From contig CAZCCH010000003.1 in the NCBI GenBank assembly GCA_964497315.1, positions 23,346-87,345 on the forward strand: DNA of 64,000 nucleotides. The letters run 5' to 3'. Positions 1 to 12,000 of this stretch are shown here, in pieces. Below the pieces are notes generated by a model. The model was not told the origin of the DNA and did not search any database. It saw only the letters and a program-made list of their open reading frames with translations. Source of the DNA: an uncultured Planctomycetia bacterium. Its GTDB lineage: Bacteria; Omnitrophota; Gorgyraeia; Taenaricolales; CAZCCH01. Every line of letters starts with the position of its first letter. Position 1 is the first letter of the stretch. A program made the position numbers and the translations under genes.

Positions 1-2
1 AA

Positions 3-3000
3 ATAACTAAGAGCATCCCTCCTGCAGAAATAACGCCTGATAGAATTGCAGTGATAACTGAAAGCTTAAATCCTATGAGCAGAAGCACAAAACGTTTACG
101 CAAAGAAGCCGCAAGAACTCTTAGACAACTTCAGCCCACCCGCTTTACTGAAGAAAGATTACTTATAGGCAGAGAAGATGAACTTGACTGGCATACGGAA
201 AGTCTCGTTTCCCCTTACCATCAAGGCAGAATTTATGAAATATTAAAATATTATGATTTTGAAGATGGCAGGCATGAATCTATTCCTTTGGCATCTTTGA
301 TATTAAGAGAGGGCAGTGCATATTTTTTATCATATGAAGCAGGTCCAGGAACTAGTAATACTTTTGAGGTTACGAGAAGAGAAGGAGAAGCAGGTCCGAG
401 AGTTACTGTAGTTGAAGGATATATTACTAACTTAACAGATTTACCTTGGTTTAAAGAGATAGTTAACAGAAGAGAATGGGCGCTTCCCAATGAGGAAGTA
501 GCATATAGATTAGCATTGTTACTTACAAGCAAGACTTCTACTACACAGTTATCTATGGCTAGGCTTTATTCTTCTACGAACACTCATAGCGGTCATTATG
601 AAAATATTAACAGGCCTGAGGGTGCATCTCTTAAGATATTAACTGAAAGAATATCTAAATACCTATCTGGGCACAAGGTAGAAGATAGAAGCGTACTTGT
701 ACATAGGTTAAGATTCGAGTCACTTGGTTTATTAGATGCGAATTTAGAAGCTTTTGTTGTTGATGTTAGTCCTGTACCAGAATCTGCTGCAAGGTTTACT
801 GAATTTAGGGAATTAGTCGAAAAATGGGAAGAGAAATTAAAGACAAGAGATCATACAGGATTAGAAGCAGACCTTGCACTATTATCATCTTATGCCGATG
901 ATGATATGGCAGATAAGGCATTGCTAAAACGCGCCCACCCATTGCTTAATAGAATGGGCAAATTAAGAGAACGCGCTAAAACAAGAGCTGCCAAACTGGC
1001 TAAAGCACAAGCTATATCTGCATCTCCAGAGGGACAGATAATTACTCACCTCAAAGGAATGGCTAAGCATCATGGTAAAAAGCTGGATGCAGTTTGGTTA
1101 AATGCCAATGGAGCTTATGAGCGTTCTTTTGACCGTGGATTTAGCAGAGTAAAGGTTCCTGGTGATGTTGCACGACGTATAAAAAGAAATGGATTAAAGG
1201 CAGTTGCTATTTCAAAGCTAAGAACCTTAACAAAAGCTAAATATGCAAAAGATGTAATGTGGATTCTAAAAAACCTTAGCAGCGTTATGTCGCAGTTGCG
1301 CAAGCAACGCGAAGAAGGAGAAGGAATTAATGCTATGCGCCTCAATAATCTAGTTGTTTATGTTTCCGGATTTGATGGTGATGATGAGATTTATGGCATA
1401 GCCATTAAAACAGCACGATCTTATGCTGCAGGTGCTCGTATTCGTCTTGGGAGAATCCCTCTTTTAGATATTAAAAAGTGGAGGCCTGTTTCTGCTGCTG
1501 CAAGGTTTACTGAAGTATCGCAAACAGGAGCAATACTACCTTTACAAACAGCAGCTAATATAGTAGCAGGCGTACTAGAACAAGATAGACCAGCTAATAT
1601 ATACCTTTATACCAAACCCGGAAGAGAAATTTTGACTTTCCAAAGAAATGAAGATGGAGACATAATAGAGGTTTCTAGGGGTAGGCATGAAACAATCGAA
1701 GATCCTTCTACTGCAGTAAGTAGGCGTCTTTCAGAATTTAGAGGTGATGATTTTCTTGTTACTACAAAACCGGCATCCAAAGAGGCTGATGTTTCCAAAG
1801 TCGAAGAGACTGCAGTTTTGACTGTTTTTCCAGAATCTGTAGCTGCGCCAAAAACTTTAGACGACGCAAGGGAGTTAGTTAGTGAAACACTACAAGTTAT
1901 AGGAACAGGATATAGCGTTGGAGGTATTCTTAGTAGTTTAGAGGCATTTACAACTGACTTTGAGGTAGAAATAACAGAAAATGAAGTTAATGACTACATA
2001 GCTTCTCTTGCATCTTTTGAGGGAGATGGTTCTAGAGAAGGTTTTAATGAAATTATTGCTGACTTAAGAGCTTGCCTATTTCAACTTAGGGGATTTACTA
2101 AAAGGACTGCAATGCCTGCAAGATATTCAGAATTAACTTTTCCTGTTGAAATTAAAGGTATTTCTGCTGTGGGAGATGTTGCATTTACTTCTGATTTTGG
2201 ACATATACAAATTGTAAATGTTAAAGGACGCTTATCACTTCAGACGAACCCTGCTGTAAACGGAAGTATTTATAAATGGAGAGAAGATGATGAAGATGGC
2301 GGGTGGTATCTCACAAGCGGAACTGGAATAAAATATATAGGTGAAAGGGAAGCACTTGGTAAAAACATACGAAAAGCAATTGATAATAGAACTAAAGCCA
2401 GATATTCAGAACAGCAAAACCTACCACAAAGACTACACCAGCAAATAATGGATGTTTTGGGGCCTCAGGGTATTACACCTGCTGCTGGCTTGAGCCTAAT
2501 GAACCTGCCAATTCCGCGCTTAGAGCGTTTAGCTGACATTGTTAGCCCGAATTGGCGTGATAACCGTGATCTAGAGGTCCTCATAGCTAGACACAGATTG
2601 GATAATGGGCTTCAGGCCTATTTAGGCGATAGATTTTTTGCCCTTATACGAGACAATGAACTTATCGTCCGAGAGCAAAAATTTGATATGACAATTTCAG
2701 GTTCTGCGATGTATGACTATATAGTTGACGCTGACGAGATTGGTGTTGAAATTCCTGAATGGCTACATTATGAAGATCTTGCGATTGCAGAACCAGGACA
2801 GGTAGATAAAGAATTAGATGCATTAGATGATTTAGGGGAAGAAGGCGATAAATTGGGGCAAGCAGTACGTGACGCCAGGACACCCGGAGGCCCTGGTCAA
2901 GCAGAAGCAATTGTTGCAGCACACCTTGGAGCTAGAGTAAGAGGAGTATTTACGCTTGGACATGATGGAGAAGAATTACTGTTACGTATGAGAAGGGCAG

Positions 3001-6000
3001 GTGTTGACGTAACTAGAGTTGAACAAGATCCAAATAAGCGCACAGCCATGACCTTTGTTGTCTCAGGGGGTGGTAAGACTGCATTTGGTCATGAAATGGG
3101 CGCAGATGATAATTTGAATCTTAATAATTTAAGGCCTGAAGATTACCAGGTGCAGGTTTTCCATGTTGGAGGCCCTGCTTTAACACCAACATATATGAGG
3201 CAGCTGCCAAAGGTTTTTGCCAATGCTAAAAGAGAAGGTGCTATAACATCTATGGATATGGTAGCTGACCCATTATGGCTTTGGAAAGAACTTAAAGACA
3301 AAGGAGACGCTGCTAAAATTTGCAGAGATTTAGATGTGCTTATGCTGAGCACAAAGGAAGTAAAATATCATGCAGATTTACTAGAAGGCCAAAGTAAAGA
3401 AGAAGCAGAGCAACTTATGATAGAAGAAGCTGAAAAGATTGTAGAAGAGCTTCTTGCAATGGGCGTTAAGACAGTTGTCTATAAGCTGGGTGAGCATGGA
3501 GCTGTAGTTGGTTCAAGAGATAGCTTGATTTTTGAAGGTGCCGATCCCACAAGGACACCTATACATCAATATGCTGACCATTTTAAGATAGAGGCAACTG
3601 GTATGGGTGATGCTATGAGTGGTACTTTTGCTACTATGTTGGCAAGAACAGATAAACACGGAGAAGATGATACGCTAAATGGTGAGATGGCCTTTGGTAC
3701 TTTAGGACAACTGATGACAGTTTCCACAGCAGCTGCTTCTATTGCCGGTGAACAGGAGGGCGGCGGAGGTGACCTTGGCCACAGCCCTAAAGAAAAACTG
3801 CTTGAACGTCATATAGAATTGCAAGGCAAACCCGAATTCCGCCGTGCCATTGCCAGAATAGATGGCAAGACCACTAGAGACCAGGCAGGATCCAGGTATT
3901 CAGAGTCTCCCAGGCTCCCACTAGGAAGAGAGGATCGCGTTGTTGTACTTGGAAAAGAAATTTTTGTAGGAAGAATACCAGGAAGAGATATTGGACAGTG
4001 GTTACCTAGGGCATTAAGTGGGCCTGCTGGAAATGTTATGAGAATAATTATGAGGGAAACTCCACCAACCGCAACCGATGCAGATGGAGTTGAAATAGCC
4101 AGGAAGTTTAGTATTCACGATACAAATTGGTATTCTCCTGAGGTTACTGCAACTACAAAAGCAGATTCTACTCCAATAAACCCAATAGAGGCAGCAAAGC
4201 AAGTATTAAAGGAAGACAAGGGTTATGAGCTAAGAAAGGACAGGTTAACTCTTTATATAATAGGTCCTGCTCGCTTTGCAGAAGGCAAGCTCTTGCTTGT
4301 GGAAAATAATGATGATGTAGTAAATACAGTAAAGAGAAGTTTGGCGCGAAGAGGTGTTGAAGAAGAAGATATTATAGTAGTTAAAACCGGAGAAGATGCA
4401 CAACAACACCTACGAGGTGCAGATATTGCAGTAGCAATAGTTGATCTTACGCTTGATGGTGACATGACAGGTGAAGAAGTACTTGCTGAAGCGCTTGGCC
4501 GTAGCATTCCAAGAGTAGTATTTAGTGGGGATGTCGACATGGATCCTTCCAGGCGAAGAAGGGTAGAGGCCCTGGCGAAAGATGCTGTTTTTGCAAAACC
4601 TCGAGATTTTACAGCGGCTATAGATAAAGCCGTTGCTTTAGGTGCTGACTCACTCAAAAGAGCAAAATTCGTAACATCCCTTAGGGAGCTTGGCTATATT
4701 GATAGCGCTATGGATGTTTCTGAAAGGCCTGAGGATGAACCCTTTAGAAAAGCACTAGTGAGATTTCTGGCATCAGAAATTGGCCCAAGGATGGCCTCAA
4801 TGCCAGTATACCCTAAAAAGGTAAAGGGTGGTAGCGGTTGGTTTAGCCTTCCAGATGAGACAAAGCGATATTACGTATCATGGTCTAGGTCAGGTCAAAC
4901 CCCACAAAAAGAAGATGTTTTTAAGTTTTCAGTAGGCGCTGATCATAAATTATTCTCCAATGTACCTAAGACTGTATTTTTAGGTGGCATGACAACTATT
5001 AAGTCTACTGAGATAGAGATAGTTGAGGATGAGTCAGCCAGATTTTCAGAGGCTGATAAACTGAGACTTCACGCTGAGGATACTGCGTTTGGGTTGAATG
5101 GTCTCGATGTGCCAGAAATTCCCCTTCCAAAACTTCCAAGGCCACAAGAGGGAGGTGAAACTTGGGCTTCTATTAGTAATCCTCCTAAACACAGGATTTG
5201 GTCAACTTCTGGTAGTTTAGCGGGACGTAGCACAAGAACTGACGAAAAAGATCCCGCCAGATTTTCAGAAAAAAGCCTGAATGAAGCGCGGACGGCTGTC
5301 CGGGAAGCTTCGGAAGTCATTTCCACCGGTATGGATACTGTCTTAAAAAGAACAGGAGAAGTTGATCCTATAATATCAGTTCAGCCTGATGGTCGTATGA
5401 TATGGACTAAAAGTGGCCGGCAATTTGTAAAATCTGATGATGGGATATGGACAACCGTTATTGACAGAGATGGCACTAAGCAGCAGTTTAGGCCTAAGTC
5501 TAATGTAGGCAGGGCATTAAATCGAGTTGTTGCTAATTGGAGAGATGAGCTTAGAGGCACATCCCCGGCACCTGAGTACGGAGGTGCCCATGAACGTGAT
5601 CGCCGGGTAGCCGCTGCCAGATATACAGAAGCTAAAGCTAATGACATAGTTGAAATTACTAGTATTGAGGGCGAGCTGGATTTAATGACAGAAACTATGC
5701 AACAGATTAGAGGGCCACTTGCAAGATTATTAAAAGAAGAAGATATAGAAATTATAGTACGAAGCGACACAATTGCTTTTGTAGGCAACGCATTTTTAAA
5801 TTCTCTTTCTATAAATACCTGTCTATTTGCCTTGCGAGAATTTCATAAAGCTGTTGCAGAACGGGATTTTGCTACTGCAAGAAGAAAGCTTACTGATGCA
5901 CAAAGGAAGCTAGCAGAAGTTAAAAGAAGCCTACCCAAGAGCCCTAAAGCCCAAGAAGAAATAGTCACCCCTCTTGAAAGGGCAACTAGGAGTTTCGATG

Positions 6001-9000
6001 CTTATCTTAAAACTGCAACTTCACGTAGGCGCTTTAGAAATGCCAAACGAGCAAGATATTCAGAAGGTCCCATAGACCAAGCAGTAGAGGTATTGAGATT
6101 TAGAACCCTTCTATTTATAGGAACGGGCAAAAAAACCAAACCAGCCGGATTAGATTCCTTGATTAGTAAAACAGATGCTAAGCCACTTGTATGTTCAGCT
6201 GTCCCAGCTGAAATTATCCATGACATAGACCGAGAAACAATTCCAGGTCCGTCACCTAAACTACCTGTCTTAGTTTTTAAAGACCAGAGTACATTTGAAA
6301 GATACTATGATGCAGCAACTGAAACACATCCAGATATCATGATGATAATACTAATGCCTACGCAAGCTAGGGGAATAGATTTTGATATTGCTTATCCGCC
6401 TTCAGGAAAAAAGGCCCCTTATATTACTATTGCAAGCAAGGCTTCAGAAGCTGCCTGGGCGAATGCGATAGTGCGTCTTGCATCAACAATTGATGTGATG
6501 CGCCAAGATGGTATATTCGGTTCTCCTGATGCAACACAAGCCGAACAAGCTAGATATTCAGAAGCTACTCTATCTGATTTAGCTGATGGATACGACATGA
6601 CTGATGCTGATAGACGCTTGGTTAGTATGCTATCTTCAGAAAGCAATGAAGCAAGAGAAACAGCAATCAGTAGGTTTACTAGGGCTTTTGGCAATGTTAA
6701 GACAATAGAGGCTAATCGCAAGAATTTAGAAGGGATGCGTGTGGTACCAACTAAGGTAATAGGCTGGTTTCATTCATCAATTGATGATTTAGTTAGTTAT
6801 AGAGGATATCGCTGCCTTATGCCTTACCATCCATTACTTTTAGAAGTAGCAAAAGCAGCCCATAAATATAATGCAGAAGAAGGAACAGATTACCAGCCAT
6901 ATGCTACTGGTCCTTGGGTTTCAGCAAGTTATGCTGGCTTAAATCCAATAGCTGATGGAAGATATAAGCCATATATATATTGGTGCGATGGCTTTGGAAG
7001 ATCATTCTCTAATTTACCAGTTGAGTTAATAACTGAGATTAAAGATATAGCTAAGCGCGATGCCCTTATCGGTCCGCTAAAAACTAACATGACTGAAGCA
7101 CAAATAGAAGATGCCTTGCTTGGTAGATTATCAGCGGATCCTACATTTTTGATGGACCGTGTTAGGCTTGCATTAATTATAGGAGATGACTTAGAAGTAG
7201 CAGGTGCTAAATTATGGGCAAGTGAGCAGGTTTCTGTAAATAGGCTATTGGAAGGAACCCTTACTTTAGCTGGCGCTGCCCCTTTAAACGCCAGGGAAGA
7301 AGGACCGAAGCTATTAGTAAAAGTTATTCATAGACTAGTTGAAGGCAGAAAGAGTTTCTGTGGAGAGTTTGAAAAACCCGGACGTTCTGTTGGTGCAAAT
7401 CTAGTGGAATTTTTAAAAGGAGCAGAACCACGAGCTGATTTAGGTGGCAGGATAACAACTGTTTTAGAAAACTTTAGAATTGATAAGGACGGTTTTGAAG
7501 GCTTAAGAGAAGCTGTCCTTAAAGACCTTGCTCAATCAAATCCAACTGAGCAATATCCATTGAATGAAAGATTGAAAGAAGCTGCAGAATCAGTTCTTCT
7601 TGCAAGGCCCGAACTTGAGACTAGGGATGCACCGCCTTTCTTTGAAGGAGGGGAAGGAATAACTAATAATCCTGATGGTAGTGTTACCTTTAATAGTTCT
7701 ATACAAAATCAAAGAGGCAGAGTAGCATTTATGGTAGATTTCCCAGAGGCTAAACACTTCCAAAGAGGAAGAAGGCCTGTTGTATTTTTATTCCATGGTC
7801 TATCAGGACATAAGACAGAGCCTCATCTTCAAGAATTTGCTGAATGGTTTAGGCAAAGAGGTTTTGCAGTTGTAAGAATAGATTTTACTAATAACAAAAT
7901 AGGTGACAAACCTAATGAAAGCGGTGGAAACTTACAAGACTTTTCCATTGCAGGTGAGATGGGTGATTTTCTATCAGTAGCCGAACACCTAATAGAAACC
8001 ATGAGTGGTTGGCTTAATTTTTCTAGAACATATGTAGGTGGTCACAGCTATGGTGGTTTAGTAGCTAGAGGAGTAAGAGAATTAGCGCGTCTAAACTCTG
8101 AATCTGCGGTTGCTCGTTTAGGTATACAAGGTGTTATAGACATGTCTGGTATTGTATCTCCTGCGGGTTCTGCTAGGAAGGCTATACAAAGAGCCCTTAT
8201 ACAAAAGGTTCTTAGTGAGGGAAGAGCCCAAGACGAAGGAGAGGCAGGAAGCATTGTTTCATATGAAGATGTGCAAGAGACATACGAAACCTGGAGACGA
8301 GACCGCAACTTAGAATTATTTGCAGGTGGACAGCGCTTCTTTCTTAGAGATGATGATGGTGCAATAGATTGGGAACAATATGATGCTGTGGATGCTTTAT
8401 CAAAATTTCCTAAAGATGTTCCTTATGTATACATAATTGGAACAGAAGATGTTGGTGTTAGGTGTACAGGTCTTGAACAAGAGAACCAAGCAAGTAGGTT
8501 TATAGCTGCAGTTGAGAGCCGTCCTCTTGGAAAAGTATTGGAATTTGATATGGAACATGCGTATCCAGGAGAGTTATTGCCAGAGATAATTAGTGCAGCA
8601 GGTGAGGCATTGCGAATTCCTGAAGAGGCAAGGTATTCAGAAAGAATTGAGCCTCTTGAGGTCCTTACTGGAAAGCAGGCAATGGAGGTTATTCTTGGTC
8701 AGCTTGAGAAAACAGAAGAACTTTATATAACCTTAGGTTATGATAATCCAAACTTTAGGGTTAGAGAAGGTAGCATTGTATGCAATGGAAAAGGAGTTGA
8801 GGGATTCCCAGGGTCTGAGATCTTTAAACACTTAAGGGGAGTGCATAACTATTTTTATCAGTCTCAAATTAGACCAGGTGATAGCCCTACAAACTATCGT
8901 ACTGCATGGAGTCTTAACTCAATTGCATTGACTGCCTTAGAAAGAATAGATGCCTCTGAATTAGGAGCAGAACAAATAGAAATACTTAATATCCTAAAGG

Positions 9001-12000
9001 TAGCAGCTGTTAGCGTAGATAAGTTTTTTGGAGAGAGCTTTTCTGATCCTGCACGCTTTAGTGAACCAAAAGATGCAGAGGCTCTGGAGAAGAAAAGAGA
9101 AGGACTTAAAGCAGATGTAAAGGCAATAGCAGATGCAAGGGAAAGAGTACTAGAGGTATTAATGAAAAGCAAAACAGCGGATGGCAAACCTATGACAGAA
9201 GATATCACAGGGTTGATACCTCAATGCAAGTTAACTAAAGATTTACCCGGAGGCATAATGGCATTTCTTCTTTCTTTAGTTGGAAAAGAAAATAATGTAT
9301 TATTAGCTTACTCAGGAGGAAGTATACTATCATTAGTATATAACGAAGGAGCTTCTGATGGTGAATGGGATACTTCAACAGAATTACTTGATGAATACAA
9401 AGCTTCTACAGAAAAACCTATTCTTACAAGCACAAGAAGAGCTATATTAGCTAATCCAGATACAGAAATGTCAACAGATGATTTACTCAAAGGTGGTGCA
9501 ACTGAAGATGAGATTATAGCATGGGCAAGATATAACAGATTTAAGATGCGTCCTATAGGAGGTAATAATTACGCTGTAACAGGAAGATCACAGGAATCAG
9601 CACGCTTTACAGAAGGAACTGTTATAAAGAATGTAAGATTTTTTCCAAGCCAAGACTTGCCTACCATGCTTTTTGAGATATCAAGAGAAAATAGTTTTGA
9701 ATCTTTAGAAGTTCACTATAGCACAAAGAAGGCAGGAGGGAAATGGGGAGGTTATACTATCTTTAAGCCAACTATAGAAACAGGGGCATTCTGGAGGGTA
9801 GCCCATGTTACATTAAGCTCGCTATCAGCCAATTCTAAATGGGCATTCTTTTCCAGAGGAAAGACATTAATTTTATTAGCAGATGTCCCAGGTGATGAAG
9901 CGCAGGTAAAAGAACAGCTTGACAGTATGCTTAAGGGCGTACGACTAGGAGACCCTTATGAAATACTAGAACCATCATTAGTAGAAGAAATACCTCCTGA
10001 TAGTAAACAAGCTAGGTTTACAGAAACCACCATACCATTAAAGGAATTAATGCAAAAAGAAGATCTTGAAAGAGGCGCTTATTTTGTAACACAAGACCTG
10101 TCTCCAGAGCTAATAGGTATTGCTATAGAACTACTTCAAGAACCTAAGTTAGCAATTCTAGCAGAAGAAGGTGCTACTTTTACAGCAAAACATGAACCAG
10201 GAGTTGCGAATGATACCATAACATCTATTTCAATTGATGTACCCCTTACCAATAGACTTGTTAAGGCAGCTGCTTCTGGAATCACTCTTCATAGATTAAA
10301 GATTTCTCAACATATAGACCCTGATACAGGTATGAACCACTTAGAATTTGCAATAGCAAATCCAGCAGCAGAGACCTTTCCTGAATTTGCAGGTTTTACA
10401 GCTGTTGATGATGATGCAGCTCTTTTAGGGTTAGCAAAGGGTTTTTCTAATGTCATGAGAGCAGATAGAGATATTAGGTCTTTGCTTGCTGAAACTGTAA
10501 CAGAAGAAGAAACCGAAGATGTAATACCATTCGAGGAAAGAGCCCGTGAGGCAGGAGTTGAACTTGTTGAGCCAGAAAAATGGACTGATATTACAGAAGA
10601 GTTAAAGACTATTGCAAGGACAATTATAGAAAACGTTGGTCTAAGACTTTCCCGACCAAAACTTCTTTTAAGTTCTACAAGGTCAATGGTGGAACAACCG
10701 AGTTTGAGCGATGGTGAGGCAATTTCTAATGTAGTTATCCTTGCCTATTTTGCTAATGGAATACCGTGCGATTTTAGTGCAGAGCAACAAAAGGATACTA
10801 ACTGGATAGCATTTTCCGCAGTTGATCAGCGTTCTCCTTATGAGGTTGGTAGGGTTTTAATGCCTCAAGGTCTTTCCGGTCTTACTGCATTTACACAAGC
10901 CGCATTTGCAATAGCAGAGCATAATGCGTTTTCACCTGAGGAAGAACAGGCAAGGTTTACAGAGAGTCGACAATATGTTATGCCTGAAGGTGAAGCTAGG
11001 GCACTTACTGAAGATGTGGACACAGGAGGAGTAATAAGGAAATATGGAGATGGAATATTGACTCCTAGTGAAATAGACGAACTTGAAAAAGTAGAAAAAG
11101 CAGCAGTGTTTGATATTAAATTCCTAAGAGAGGGCAGTGCAGAAGAAATGTTAGTTTTTCATTGCTATGGCTACCTTCATAATTCCAGATTAGGGACACC
11201 AAAAGGTGGTGTGGCTATAGGAGATGAGAAGGCCGTAACTTCAGAGAAGATTAAGAAAAAGGCCTTTTTGATGACCATCAAAGATGCCCTTGCTGGTTTC
11301 TTCCATGCGGGATATCCATTTGGCCTAGGCGGGGCTAAATTTGGTATAGTGATGCCTGAAGGCATTAAGATATCAGATTTAACGGATATAGAATTGGAAA
11401 GACTAGCAAGAACATGGACAAAGGCACTTTATGAAAGAAACTTAATAGGACCAGATATATATGTTCCTGCGACTGACATAGGTTTAGATGAAAAAAGAGG
11501 GCCAAAATTTATGGCCTGGGTTGCAAGTGAATACAGAAATATAGTAGACGAAGATCACCCTGAAGTAGTTACTAGCAAAACCGTAGTAGGAGATGATTTT
11601 GGGAATATTGACCCTACCGGTGGAATAGAAGGAAAGGTAGGGGCAACGAAGCATGGCGGATTGTATGTTATCGAAGAAGTATTAAAAGCAGAGAATCTTC
11701 AAAGATTATCAAAACGATTTCGTGCGCTCGAAGGTCTTACTCCAGGGTTAGTAGGTAAGGAGGTTGCTGTTCAAGGTGCTGGCAAGGTAGCCTTAATTGC
11801 TGAATTGCTTCAGCAGACGAGCGAGGCGACTGTAAAAGCATGGAGCGATGAAGATGGCGGGTATTATGAAGAAAAAGGTTTAAATGTGGCTGAATTGTGT
11901 AGACCAGAAGGATTTGTTGCTGCTGGAGAATTTTTAAGGACAAAACCAGGCTTTCCTTTAACTAATTCTATTACCAATGTGGCATTATTGAAACTACCTG

